In this document: in pieces, positions 37,491-46,038 of the stretch | Position numbering within the stretch: position 1 is the stretch's first letter | Layout: every line of letters starts with the position of its first letter | Source: a virus | Lineage: Duplodnaviria; Caudoviricetes | IMG/VR virus record: IMGVR_UViG_3300037467_002425 | Location: 1-55,352 of that record | Strand: one strand, 5' to 3' | Length of the DNA: 55,352 nucleotides | Translations under genes and position numbers: made by a program | Notes under the pieces: model-generated | Databases searched by the model: none | What the model was told of the DNA's origin: nothing | The model's input: the letters and a program-made list of their open reading frames with translations, nothing else

Positions 37491-38552
37491 ATGAAAAAAC
37501 TATTGATTCTATTACTCATTCCTTTGTGGTGTACCGCCCAGACAACCAGTACATCCAGTTCAACGCGAACGGTACTCTCCACGCTTGACACGTTAGTCAG
37601 CACCACAACTGTTACAACTACGGTAAACACGGCGGTTAAGTATGATACGTTGAAGTATAAGAAGCCACCATCAACAAATCCTGGTGGAATCATTAGCGGC
37701 CCTGTTATCTGCCAGTCAAATACAACCTACAAATATCTCACGATTGACTTAACCAATACACCGTATAGTAAAGGGTTCAATGTTTCAGGAAAAACAAATG
37801 TGCACATTACACATTGCAAAATCATTAATGGCAAAAGTTGGGCCGTATGGATTGGTTCCGGATCATCGAATATAGTTTGCGATAGTAATTTAGTAAGTAA
37901 TATCGGAGCCGCTTTTTATGCTGAAAATTCATCTTCTATAAAATTCAATGCAAACCAGGTACTAAATGTAAACGGCAATGGTACACTTTGGACTTTTGGG
38001 CATGATTTTCAATTTGTGAATATTTCAGGTTCCGGCAATCAGATCAATTATAACAAGGGAGAAGATATTGCAGGAGTCGCGATTAATCCCCATGATCGAA
38101 TATCCGTATATAAATGTTTTCCGTCGGATACAATTTTTATCTGCTATAACCAGTTCAGGGGCGGACAGCGTGCTTTAAATAGTACTGGAAATGGGGGCGC
38201 TTGCGGGATAACTGTGACTGATGTTTCTGGTAATCTTCAAGTTGTAAGGGGTAATATACTCGTTAATACTGGATATGCCGGGATACAGTGCATTGGATCC
38301 GGTACAAGAGTTAAGATCGATCATAATAAGGTCTTTAGTGCGGTTACTCCAATATCATTACTAGGTATTTCAATACAGGACGCAAACCAAATATATTTTG
38401 GATATAATCAGGTTAAATGGTACAGGTCAAATGGCACTATTTTTAATTACTGGACTTCCTCGTCTCCGATACCAATAGGATGGAATACGAACACTTGGTC
38501 TGCAAATATTGACGGAAGTATTTTGCCATTAAAGTTGATTACCTGGCAATAA
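37491..38552 (+). CDS. Secreted right-handed beta-helix (pectin-lyase-fold) protein A
   Basis: Signal MKKLLILLLIPLWCTA|Q, Thr-rich linker, repeated N.I..N ladder. Confidence 0.8.
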   Translation: MKKLLILLLIPLWCTAQTTSTSSSTRTVLSTLDTLVSTTTVTTTVNTAVKYDTLKYKKPPSTNPGGIISGPVICQSNTTYKYLTIDLTNTPYSKGFNVSGKTNVHITHCKIINGKSWAVWIGSGSSNIVCDSNLVSNIGAAFYAENSSSIKFNANQVLNVNGNGTLWTFGHDFQFVNISGSGNQINYNKGEDIAGVAINPHDRISVYKCFPSDTIFICYNQFRGGQRALNSTGNGGACGITVTDVSGNLQVVRGNILVNTGYAGIQCIGSGTRVKIDHNKVFSAVTPISLLGISIQDANQIYFGYNQVKWYRSNGTIFNYWTSSSPIPIGWNTNTWSANIDGSILPLKLITWQ

Positions 38553-38579
38553 TTTAGTATATTAGTATTTAATTAATCC

Positions 38580-38663
38580 GGGGTTCAGCCTGCATTAAAA
38601 AGATATTAAAATCCTTAAGACGGGGCGAGGCTGAACACTCAAACCGTACTTAGGGATTTTTTA
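38580..38663 (+). promoter_or_regulatory. Structured leader of the HNH gene
   Basis: Stem AAAATCCTTAAG/CTTAGGGATTTT, plus 5' GTTCAGCCT complementary to AGGCTGAAC inside the hairpin. Confidence 0.5.
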
Positions 38664-38665
38664 CT

Positions 38666-39151
38666 ATGGTAATTAGATACGGAACTTATCTTAAAAGATT
38701 AAACAAGGGATATAAAATTGTTGAATCTGGTTGTTGGGAGTGGCAAGGTAAATTAACTAAAAAGGGTTATGCAAGATTTTTATATGAAGGTGTCAGGACT
38801 TTTGCTCATAGAGTTTCTTATCTGTTATTTATAGGTGAAATAAATGATCCAAAATTACACGTTTGTCATAAATGCGATAATCCTAGATGTTGTTCACCGT
38901 TTCATTTATTCTTAGGTACGCCAAAAGAAAATGACACCGATTCAAGAATAAAAGGAAGACAACCTACTTTAAAACACGGAACGTATAGTATGTATAAGAA
39001 TCGCAAATGCAGATGTGCACTATGTATAGAGGCGGCTCATGTTTATTTTATTGATTACGCTTTAAGGAATAAAGAAAAAATATCAACATATCAAAAACAA
39101 TATAAGCTAAACCAAAAAGCTTTGAGATTAGCTAATAAAAATGTAGCTTAG
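38666..39151 (+). CDS. HNH endonuclease (HNH_3 type with C-terminal Cys cluster)
   Basis: CWEW.G, AHRVSY, VCHKCDNPRCC.P.HLFLGT, HG..SMY...CRC.LC. Confidence 0.9.
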   Translation: MVIRYGTYLKRLNKGYKIVESGCWEWQGKLTKKGYARFLYEGVRTFAHRVSYLLFIGEINDPKLHVCHKCDNPRCCSPFHLFLGTPKENDTDSRIKGRQPTLKHGTYSMYKNRKCRCALCIEAAHVYFIDYALRNKEKISTYQKQYKLNQKALRLANKNVA

Positions 39152-39155
39152 TTGA

Positions 39156-40199
39156 ATGAAATATATTTTATTATTTCTACTATGCCCGTTAAATGCATTA
39201 TGTCAATTTTGCAATTATACAGCCCATGCAAATTATAATTTAAATGGAGTAAACGATGTAACCATTACTGGGGATAGTGTATCTAGCATAATATTAACAA
39301 ACTGTAATCGTATTCATATATTTAAAGTACGCGTACAGGGAGCAACGGGTCAGGCTATAAGAATAATAGGTGGAAGCGATATTACAATTGATTCATGCTA
39401 TATTGAAAATTGTGTACAAGGTATTTATGCTCAAAGCACCACAAACGTTATCGTAAAACACAATTACTTCCATAATATATTAGGTGCTCCAAGCCCTGCT
39501 ACATACCATCCAATACAATATAACCAAGTTTTTCACGGACATATAGATACTAATAAAATCTTGGAAGATCCTGGTGTAACTCAATATTCTCACGATCAAA
39601 TAAGCCTTTATAAATGCAACGGGAGCGTAGGTGATTCCGTGACAGTGATTGGCAACGAAATTATTGGGGGCCAAACGGTTATGAACGGAAGTGGTCCGGG
39701 AGGCTTTACTGGGGGAAATAATGGAGCCTGTGGGATTAATCTTACCGATTCAGGTGGTGCGTACCAGGTAGCTAGAGGGAATTATGTAATCAATTGTGGT
39801 TATATAGGTATGCAGGTTGACGGTGCCGGCAGTAGTGCAAAGATGGATCATAATTTCATCTATAGTTCACGGACAGATATTTCTCTTGTCGGTATCAGTT
39901 ACTATACAACTACGCATGTTTATCCTGGGCCTTCATCCATTGAGATCAGCCATAATCATATCACATGGAATAAGAACAGCGGAGGGATTTATAATAAATA
40001 TCATGATGTATCATTGAGCACACCAATCGGCTGGACAACAAATACAGTCGATAATAGCTCTGACGGGTTAGCGAACAGCACCATGATCATCTCACCCATG
40101 GTAACGTCATGTGCTGCGCCTTCACCTCCTACGCCACCTGCGCCTGACACTACAGCGGGACTAAGAATACACAGAATTTCAAAGATTAAATATGAGTAG
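39156..40199 (+). CDS. Secreted right-handed beta-helix protein B (paralog of 37491..38552)
   Basis: Signal MKYILLFLLCPLNALC|Q. Shares HD.IS.YKC, GGQ, GACGI..TD, RGN..N.GY.G.Q, K.DHN and PIGW.TNT with protein A. Confidence 0.8.
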   Translation: MKYILLFLLCPLNALCQFCNYTAHANYNLNGVNDVTITGDSVSSIILTNCNRIHIFKVRVQGATGQAIRIIGGSDITIDSCYIENCVQGIYAQSTTNVIVKHNYFHNILGAPSPATYHPIQYNQVFHGHIDTNKILEDPGVTQYSHDQISLYKCNGSVGDSVTVIGNEIIGGQTVMNGSGPGGFTGGNNGACGINLTDSGGAYQVARGNYVINCGYIGMQVDGAGSSAKMDHNFIYSSRTDISLVGISYYTTTHVYPGPSSIEISHNHITWNKNSGGIYNKYHDVSLSTPIGWTTNTVDNSSDGLANSTMIISPMVTSCAAPSPPTPPAPDTTAGLRIHRISKIKYE

Positions 40200-40278
40200 A
40201 GCAGTAGGTATGTTAATATTTTTGTTTATTTGTGCATTAGTATTTTTCTATGCACTTGCAATAGCTTTTGGATCATGA
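40192..40278 (+). CDS. Tiny single-TM peptide (28 aa)
   Basis: MSRAVGMLIFLFICALVFFYALAIAFGS; stop overlaps the endolysin ATG. Confidence 0.45.
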   Translation: MSRAVGMLIFLFICALVFFYALAIAFGS

Positions 40279-40736
40279 TGAGCTCAATAGATAAACTTAA
40301 TCTTCTTCACCCGAAAATACGCCAGGCAGCGTTAGAGGCCTATGCTGAGGCTGTAAAAGCCACACCAGTTGACGTTCATCCTATAATTGATCAGACCTAC
40401 CGAAGTTTTGAAGAAAGTGATAAACTATATCAACAAGGCCGCACAACTCCCGGAGAGATTGTGAGTAACGCGAAACCGGGACAATCCTACCACAATTATG
40501 CGATGGCTTTGGACTTTCATTTACAAGTTAATGGTAAAGATGTTTGGGATGTTGATCATAACTGGATGATCGTAGTGAATATATTCAAAAGCTATGGATT
40601 TCAATGGGGCGGCGATTTTCAAAATTTCAAAGATTATCCGCACCTTGAAAATAAACTAGGGCACAATTGGAGAGATTTATTAACTTTATATAATGCCGGA
40701 AATTTCATTTCGGGAACTAATTACTTAAACATTTAA
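40275..40736 (+). CDS. Endolysin, M15 family (L-Ala-D-Glu peptidase-like)
   Basis: YRS....LY.QGRT.PG.IV.NA..GQSYHNY..A.D, WGGDF, DYPHLE zinc motifs. Confidence 0.92.
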   Translation: MMSSIDKLNLLHPKIRQAALEAYAEAVKATPVDVHPIIDQTYRSFEESDKLYQQGRTTPGEIVSNAKPGQSYHNYAMALDFHLQVNGKDVWDVDHNWMIVVNIFKSYGFQWGGDFQNFKDYPHLENKLGHNWRDLLTLYNAGNFISGTNYLNI

Positions 40737-40739
40737 ATC

Positions 40740-41048
40740 ATGGACAATCAAAACTCATTCCTTAACACCAATATCAAACCAATACTTGCAATCATTATAG
40801 TAGTGCTTGGCTTCGGCTATTTTTATATGTGCTCGATCAGGAATATTAAGCCCGACCCGCAGATATTGATCGCCATGGTAGCAGCTGTTGCGGCCGCAAC
40901 GGGGTATTATTTTGGATCTTCACAAGGCAGTAGTAAAAAAGATGATGCTTTAGTATCGAATGTCGGTAACCCGACTGTCACAGGCGATAGTCCTACGGTA
41001 AACGTTATACCGAAGCCTGAACAACCTGTAAACACATTAACCACTTAA
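40740..41048 (+). CDS. Holin (2 TM)
   Basis: Two TM helices, then GYYFGSS.GS..KD, typical of a phage holin family; adjacent to the endolysin. Confidence 0.78.
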   Translation: MDNQNSFLNTNIKPILAIIIVVLGFGYFYMCSIRNIKPDPQILIAMVAAVAAATGYYFGSSQGSSKKDDALVSNVGNPTVTGDSPTVNVIPKPEQPVNTLTT

Positions 41049-41049
41049 T

Positions 41050-41080
41050 AAAAAAGCCTCTGAGAAATTCAGAGGCTTTT
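41050..41080. terminator. Bidirectional intrinsic terminator
   Basis: AAAAGCCTCTGA-GAAAT-TCAGAGGCTTTT between convergent operons. Confidence 0.85.
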
Positions 41081-41099
41081 ACATTTATTATAAGATCAG

Positions 41100-41573
41100 T
41101 TAAAGTTTGACAAATGTCTGCAGCGCATATTCGATAATACCCAAAGACAGGGTTACCCAATCTAAAGACCCTTGTGTCAAGTACCCCGCGGCAAACTTAG
41201 CTATATCCTGCCAAATAGCGTTCCATTTGTTATTCGTTACGCCTTCCTGTATCTTATCTGCTATATGATCGAGATATTCCTGTACAGAGGCTGTATTAAC
41301 GCCATTTTCTTTAGCTATATGCAGAACTGTTTGCTCAGCCACATCACTCGGTAGTCCAGTTACTTTAGTGATTTCACCGAGTACCCATTCAGCGCCATTT
41401 TTATAGCCGGTCTTTAATATTTGACTGATATTCGTTCCATCAATAGCAGCTTTCTGCTGGTCAGGCGGGAGATTATTAAATGCAGCACCAGCACTGTGAA
41501 AAATAGCAACTACGAACCCTCCAATAGCTGCAAGCAGTCTACCAACTGCGGTTTTGTGTTTTTGATCAGACAT
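41100..41573 (-). CDS. Hypothetical protein with an N-terminal amphipathic/hydrophobic helix
   Basis: 157 aa ORF with an A-rich start, ending at the terminator. Confidence 0.7.
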   Translation of the reverse strand: MSDQKHKTAVGRLLAAIGGFVVAIFHSAGAAFNNLPPDQQKAAIDGTNISQILKTGYKNGAEWVLGEITKVTGLPSDVAEQTVLHIAKENGVNTASVQEYLDHIADKIQEGVTNNKWNAIWQDIAKFAAGYLTQGSLDWVTLSLGIIEYALQTFVKL

Positions 41574-41669
41574 GATTTTTTGTTTAATGGTAATATTTCT
41601 AAATGATAAATTAACTCTTTTTGTGAATAGTTTTTGTCGGGTTTTTCCTGGGCAAGACGTTGAAAATAA

Positions 41670-41948
41670 TTAGTTTTTCTTACCATCCTTTTTAGTCTCC
41701 GGACGCGGGGTAAGTATGTAGAAACTTTGCTGGTAAACACTATCCAGTTTATCGCGAAGTATGCCGTCAATATGCAGATTATGTATCTGCTGTTGAATGA
41801 TCAGCATATTTCGCTGCAAAGTTTGAATATCCTTTTTATTAATTGTGGTGTCAGATTTAGTCTGAGCATTTACTCCGATGCTACAAAGGAGTAAAAAGGC
41901 TACCCCGATCAAGGGTAGCCTTATAATTTTACATGATGTCATCATCTT
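41670..41948 (-). CDS. Small exported protein (signal peptide followed by Gln); start uncertain
   Basis: KIIRLPLIGVAFLLLCSIGVNA|QTKSDTT...; helical mature region. Confidence 0.55.
   Translation of the reverse strand, partial: KMMTSCKIIRLPLIGVAFLLLCSIGVNAQTKSDTTINKKDIQTLQRNMLIIQQQIHNLHIDGILRDKLDSVYQQSFYILTPRPETKKDGKKN
41893..41922 (-). terminator. Intrinsic terminator after the SSB gene
   Basis: Minus strand AAGGCTACCC-TTGATCG-GGGTAGCCTTTTT. Confidence 0.65.
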
Positions 41949-42468
41949 CAAATTCAATTTCATCAAACTCATCGGCAGCATTGGTTACTGAGCCAAGCGG
42001 TTCGCCGTCTTTTACCTTTTGGACGTGATTTAAGCCCACAGCAACGCCGCTGTTGCCGTTTACGTTGAACGGATAGAAATTCAGGCTTACATTGCCCCAA
42101 TCGCCCGATTTGATCTCAGACGGATCAAGGATCGGTTGCACCTTGCGGTCCACAAGACCGGGACGATTTTTCGCATTAGCGTTAAGGAAGAAAGAATCCG
42201 CGTAAGCAGCATCTTCGCGTTCCTCATCACCATCACGAAGCGGCAATTTTTTTGCTTTGAAGCTTTTGCCGAACTTTTCTTTACCGAGTTCAGCGGCGGC
42301 TTCAATTGCTGCATTAATCAATTTCAAAGTCTTTTTATTGGACTTCGGAATGATCAAAGAAAGACCGTACTTAGGTTCTGTAGCACCTGGTGCTAACTTA
42401 GGTTCGGTCAAATTTACATAGGAAAACCTACATAACTCAGGGGTTGACACTTTTGTCTCTGTGTTCAT
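41929..42468 (-). CDS. ssb: Single-stranded DNA-binding protein (DUF2815/T7 gp2.5-like)
   Basis: RFSYVNL.EP, KY..SLIIPK, LPLRDGD, FYPFNVNGN.GVA.GLN.VQK..DGEPLG, acidic tail DDDIM. ATG start at 42468. Confidence 0.9.
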   Translation of the reverse strand: MNTETKVSTPELCRFSYVNLTEPKLAPGATEPKYGLSLIIPKSNKKTLKLINAAIEAAAELGKEKFGKSFKAKKLPLRDGDEEREDAAYADSFFLNANAKNRPGLVDRKVQPILDPSEIKSGDWGNVSLNFYPFNVNGNSGVAVGLNHVQKVKDGEPLGSVTNAADEFDEIEFEDDDIM

Positions 42469-42486
42469 TTTACTCAATTTAATTGT

Positions 42487-43131
42487 TTACAATATATCAC
42501 TTAAAGATTTTATCCAAAGATAGAGTTTTTTAGTTGCCTCAACGTCTGTTGAAGCATGATGAGCGCCGGACATTTTCTCTCCGAAAGCATACTCATAAGC
42601 CACTTCCAGTTTCGGCCAGCTGTATTCACCTTTAAAGCCTGGTAATTTTAATATCGGAGTACCCAGTAACTTTGTACATTCCTTTTGTAAAGGAACTCCC
42701 TCAGGCCGTAATCCGTGTTTTATCTGAACGTTGTTTAACACTAATTGTCTGCGAACTGCTTTCGGGTATATTTTGTACCGGAAAAGTTCGCATTCGATGA
42801 TCGGTTTATCGTAGCTGAGGTTGTGGCAAACCATTACATCAGCACAGTTCATAGCGATTGCCAATTGTGTAAAAGCTATGATCGGATCCACGCCATTCAA
42901 CAAACTTTCATCCTCACTAAATCCGTTTTCTTTCCAGAAATCCCCGGCAGGAAAACGCCAGCCATCCGGATATATCAGATCACAAGCTTTCTCAATAGTT
43001 TCTCCGTTCTCCCAACATAATTCCCAGGCCAATTCTATGATATGTGGCCAGTTATCCACATCCTGAAATGAAGCGGTATATGTAACCGGCAAACCTGTAG
43101 TTTCGGTATCAACTATGAGATATTTCTGCAT
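42487..43131 (-). CDS. DEDDh 3'-5' exonuclease (DnaQ-like)
   Basis: VDTETTG, CHNLSYD, AHHASTDV. Confidence 0.9.
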   Translation of the reverse strand: MQKYLIVDTETTGLPVTYTASFQDVDNWPHIIELAWELCWENGETIEKACDLIYPDGWRFPAGDFWKENGFSEDESLLNGVDPIIAFTQLAIAMNCADVMVCHNLSYDKPIIECELFRYKIYPKAVRRQLVLNNVQIKHGLRPEGVPLQKECTKLLGTPILKLPGFKGEYSWPKLEVAYEYAFGEKMSGAHHASTDVEATKKLYLWIKSLSDIL

Positions 43132-43370
43132 ATAAATTTTTTATGACATCTACATTTTACTAATAGTGAGCCTCTTAACAAAAGTTGATCATAATTCATT
43201 TTTGAAATTTTAGTTTCTAACTTACAATTAGGACATCTATATTTGAAACATCTTAAAATATTGGTTCTATTGAGAAAAGTAGATTCAAATAAAACTACTT
43301 CCTCATGAACAAATGAACTATTATTTGATTTAATTTTTCCAAGTAAAAGACGTTTCTTTTTGTTAATCAT
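43113..43370 (-). CDS. Hypothetical Cys-containing protein
   Basis: 85 aa, CPNC and CRC, AT-rich. Confidence 0.5.
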   Translation of the reverse strand: MINKKKRLLLGKIKSNNSSFVHEEVVLFESTFLNRTNILRCFKYRCPNCKLETKISKMNYDQLLLRGSLLVKCRCHKKFICRNIS

Positions 43371-43657
43371 TTCACGATTACCTCAACATTTTCAACCCTG
43401 TGATTACTCTGTTCGTTATTAACACCTGCGTAGTAAAGTTTCTTTTCATCAATTCTGCTTACTACATGCCAGTCATTCTCATCTGAGCCTTTATATCTGA
43501 AGGTATCATGCGGCTGCAGGTCTGCTAAAGTTTTAAAACTTTTTGGACCGAACTGCCTGATATCTTTCTCGGCTTGCTTATTGAAAAGCAGGCAATAACC
43601 GTTCTTATGCTGATCACAAGTGGTTGGGTTTTCTTTGTTGCAAAGTTCGCAAATCAT
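43367..43657 (-). CDS. Hypothetical protein
   Basis: 96 aa ORF, coupled; N-terminal Cys cluster. Confidence 0.65.
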   Translation of the reverse strand: MICELCNKENPTTCDQHKNGYCLLFNKQAEKDIRQFGPKSFKTLADLQPHDTFRYKGSDENDWHVVSRIDEKKLYYAGVNNEQSNHRVENVEVIVK

Positions 43658-44019
43658 AACTCAAATTCAGTTTGTTGAGAACTTAACTCATTGCGCTTCT
43701 CAATTGCCATTTTTAATAGGGTGAAAAGCTTATCCCATATCTCACGGTAAATTTTCTTTTGTTCTTCATCTGCGCAATAACTTTTCAGCATTTCAATAGA
43801 TTTTAGAATAACCGTGTCGAGTTGCCGGGTAGTACATGAAAGAAAACAATCATAAGGAGCATCTGAATAATTAAACATATTCATGTTACCGTACCAGAAA
43901 TGGCCTATTGTAGCTTCATGGCTTTTCTCACCGTTTTTAATAGCCTCAGTTAAAAGATCAAATTGAATTTTGTTTAAAGTAAACTCTACGTATACTTCAA
44001 CGACAAGTTGCGCTCTCAT
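43654..44019 (-). CDS. Hypothetical protein
   Basis: 121 aa ORF, ATGA-coupled. Confidence 0.65.
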   Translation of the reverse strand: MRAQLVVEVYVEFTLNKIQFDLLTEAIKNGEKSHEATIGHFWYGNMNMFNYSDAPYDCFLSCTTRQLDTVILKSIEMLKSYCADEEQKKIYREIWDKLFTLLKMAIEKRNELSSQQTEFEL

Positions 44020-45167
44020 ATATCTTCGTCTGCAATTACTTTAAACTCTCCGGCAGCAACACTATAAGGCTGACGTTTATCACTCTCTTTGACTAATGTT
44101 GGTGCGCCTGGTGGCTTGATCAGAAGTGGTTCAACAATTTCAGCGAATACAGGCTTTGTAAGCTTCTTCTCCATCTCCCCCAGTGGCAATAACGCCTTCG
44201 GCTTATAAATGTCAACATAGCCCGCCATTTCAAGCTTTGTGGCAACAATAATCTCACTATTGTACTTGCGATTTGATCTCCCTTCAACCACTTTCATACC
44301 TGGCCATTGTTTCTCACCGGAGACGGCGGTTGCCAAAGCATAATTTTCAACTGAAGCAATCCATTTAGTAAACATATCTGAACGATCAATAACCTCTAGC
44401 ACTTCCTCATCTGTGAGTAAATCCGGGTTTTTAAAATCCAACGCTGCCAACTCCATATTATAATCATGCAGAGCTCTGCAGGTTGCCTTTGCCCTACAGA
44501 ATGTACAGGCTTTTCCCGGTGCAAATTCACCTTCGCCCGCATAAGCCAATGCTGCTTTCGGCTTCAGGTCTTTCTTGGCCCACTCCAAAAGCTCAGCGAC
44601 GCTGATCTCCCATGACGAGATATTATCGATACGCGGTTGGTAGATATTCATCTGGATGCGGTCGATCTCATATATCTCTTTGAACATCTCATAAGCGCCC
44701 AAGGCATAGATCATGAGCTGAGCATTATTGGGGGCATAGACAGGAACACCCTTGCCGTGTTTGTAATCATCAAAGATCAGAACCTTCTCACCGATGATAA
44801 GTGCATCGGCCGTACCGAACCCATCCTCGATCCACTCGGTCATATCCAAACGGGTCTCAATGAACAGGTGCGTTTTGCCTGGCTTGCATTGGTTCCACAC
44901 GAAATACGCATAACCCTCAGCATAATCGTGCAGTTCTTTGCTATAATACTGGTTGTTTATGTGAACGGCCATGATCATTTCTGCCTCGGCTGAAGTGATC
45001 ATTCCGGAAAGCTGGCGCAGGATGCATTCGCCCACGGCGTGCGCTAGCGTGCCCTCGTCAGCATAAGAGGAAGAAGTATTTGGAAATTCCTGTTCTAGTC
45101 TGGCAGACGGTGTACAGGTCAGCCACCGACTCGCTGCCGATGGGGATAAGATTGCGTGTTTTGACAT
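44016..45167 (-). CDS. Cas4-like PD-(D/E)XK exonuclease (DUF2800)
   Basis: HAILSPSAASRWLTC, EGT.AH, GFGTAD, DYKHGKG, QLMIYALG, IYQPR, CTFC.A...C. Confidence 0.92.
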   Translation of the reverse strand: MSKHAILSPSAASRWLTCTPSARLEQEFPNTSSSYADEGTLAHAVGECILRQLSGMITSAEAEMIMAVHINNQYYSKELHDYAEGYAYFVWNQCKPGKTHLFIETRLDMTEWIEDGFGTADALIIGEKVLIFDDYKHGKGVPVYAPNNAQLMIYALGAYEMFKEIYEIDRIQMNIYQPRIDNISSWEISVAELLEWAKKDLKPKAALAYAGEGEFAPGKACTFCRAKATCRALHDYNMELAALDFKNPDLLTDEEVLEVIDRSDMFTKWIASVENYALATAVSGEKQWPGMKVVEGRSNRKYNSEIIVATKLEMAGYVDIYKPKALLPLGEMEKKLTKPVFAEIVEPLLIKPPGAPTLVKESDKRQPYSVAAGEFKVIADEDI

Positions 45168-45168
45168 T

Positions 45169-45384
45169 TCAATATTCTATTTGAAATTGTAATTTGCGAA
45201 CGAACTCTCTAAATAGATTTTCTTGCTTTTCAGCTTCTGTTGCTTCCAAAGGACAAATGTCGCTTTGCGACTGCCAAAAATCGGTAAGAAGATTTTCTAA
45301 AGGGCGGTCAGTAGCCCAAAGACCACAGGTGCAATCTTTGTGATGAATTAATTTTTTAATTTCTTCGGTTGATAAATTTTCCAT
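45169..45384 (-). CDS. Hypothetical protein
   Basis: ORF sharing its start context with ssb; ATG at 45384. Confidence 0.6.
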   Translation of the reverse strand: MENLSTEEIKKLIHHKDCTCGLWATDRPLENLLTDFWQSQSDICPLEATEAEKQENLFREFVRKLQFQIEY

Positions 45385-45414
45385 TTTACTCAATTTAAAC
45401 AGTTTAACAATTTT

Positions 45415-45515
45415 TATATTCCGGGAGTACCTTTGCAGCCTTCACTGCCCTCGCAAGCTCGTTCGGTTTTATAACGTTATTATTACCCGTCTGTAGGCTT
45501 TACTCCCGGAATATA
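45415..45515 (-). ncRNA. Candidate structured RNA element C
   Basis: Perfect 15-bp closing stem TATATTCCGGGAGTA/TACTCCCGGAATATA around small inner hairpins; intergenic. Confidence 0.5.
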
Positions 45516-45517
45516 TT

Positions 45518-46006
45518 TTATCCGATCGCGTTGAACGCGTCCATCAATGCTGCGTAATCCTCTGGTTTTACCGGGTTCTTATCAGCTTGTGAGATAGAGT
45601 CAGCGCCAAACTTTTTAATGGTTTCCGTCACCTCGGCTTTTTTACCGTTACGTATCAGGTTGACTGCTTTTTCCTGCAGCATTTCTTTGGTGATCGCAGA
45701 AACAGGCTGTTTAGTTTCCGACTCTTCTTCATTAGCTTGTTCAATGGTTGGACCATCTTGAATATTAGTAGTACCTAATTGTTCCTCAATGGCAGGTTTA
45801 GCCGCTGCTAAAGTTTTCTCGGCTTTGGTCTGACGTTTTCTTGGCTGTCCTTCTTCCGTTTTTAGGGCATCAAAATTTTCGGTAATTTTTTCGTCCTTTA
45901 TGGAAATTTCCGGTTTACTTTCAATCTGAATAGTACCACCTAATAATTCCATTAACGCCTGACGGGCTTCTGCGCCGGTAGGAAATTCAAGTTCAATTTT
46001 AATCAT
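45518..46006 (-). CDS. Phage protein typically found upstream of DUF2800/SSB
   Basis: Low-complexity middle and C-terminal IT.E.L......GKK..V...I.KFGA..IS......EDY..LM domain. Confidence 0.7.
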   Translation of the reverse strand: MIKIELEFPTGAEARQALMELLGGTIQIESKPEISIKDEKITENFDALKTEEGQPRKRQTKAEKTLAAAKPAIEEQLGTTNIQDGPTIEQANEEESETKQPVSAITKEMLQEKAVNLIRNGKKAEVTETIKKFGADSISQADKNPVKPEDYAALMDAFNAIG

Positions 46007-46038
46007 TATATTGTCTTTTTAAGTTTCTTAATTTCAAA

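Noticed and set aside
40230-40274. SAR or signal extension on the endolysin
   Set aside because: It depends on a TTG start inside a separate 28 aa ORF; the coupled ATG at 40275 is more plausible.
41510-41770. 86 aa minus-strand ORF
   Set aside because: It overlaps two better-supported genes in another frame.
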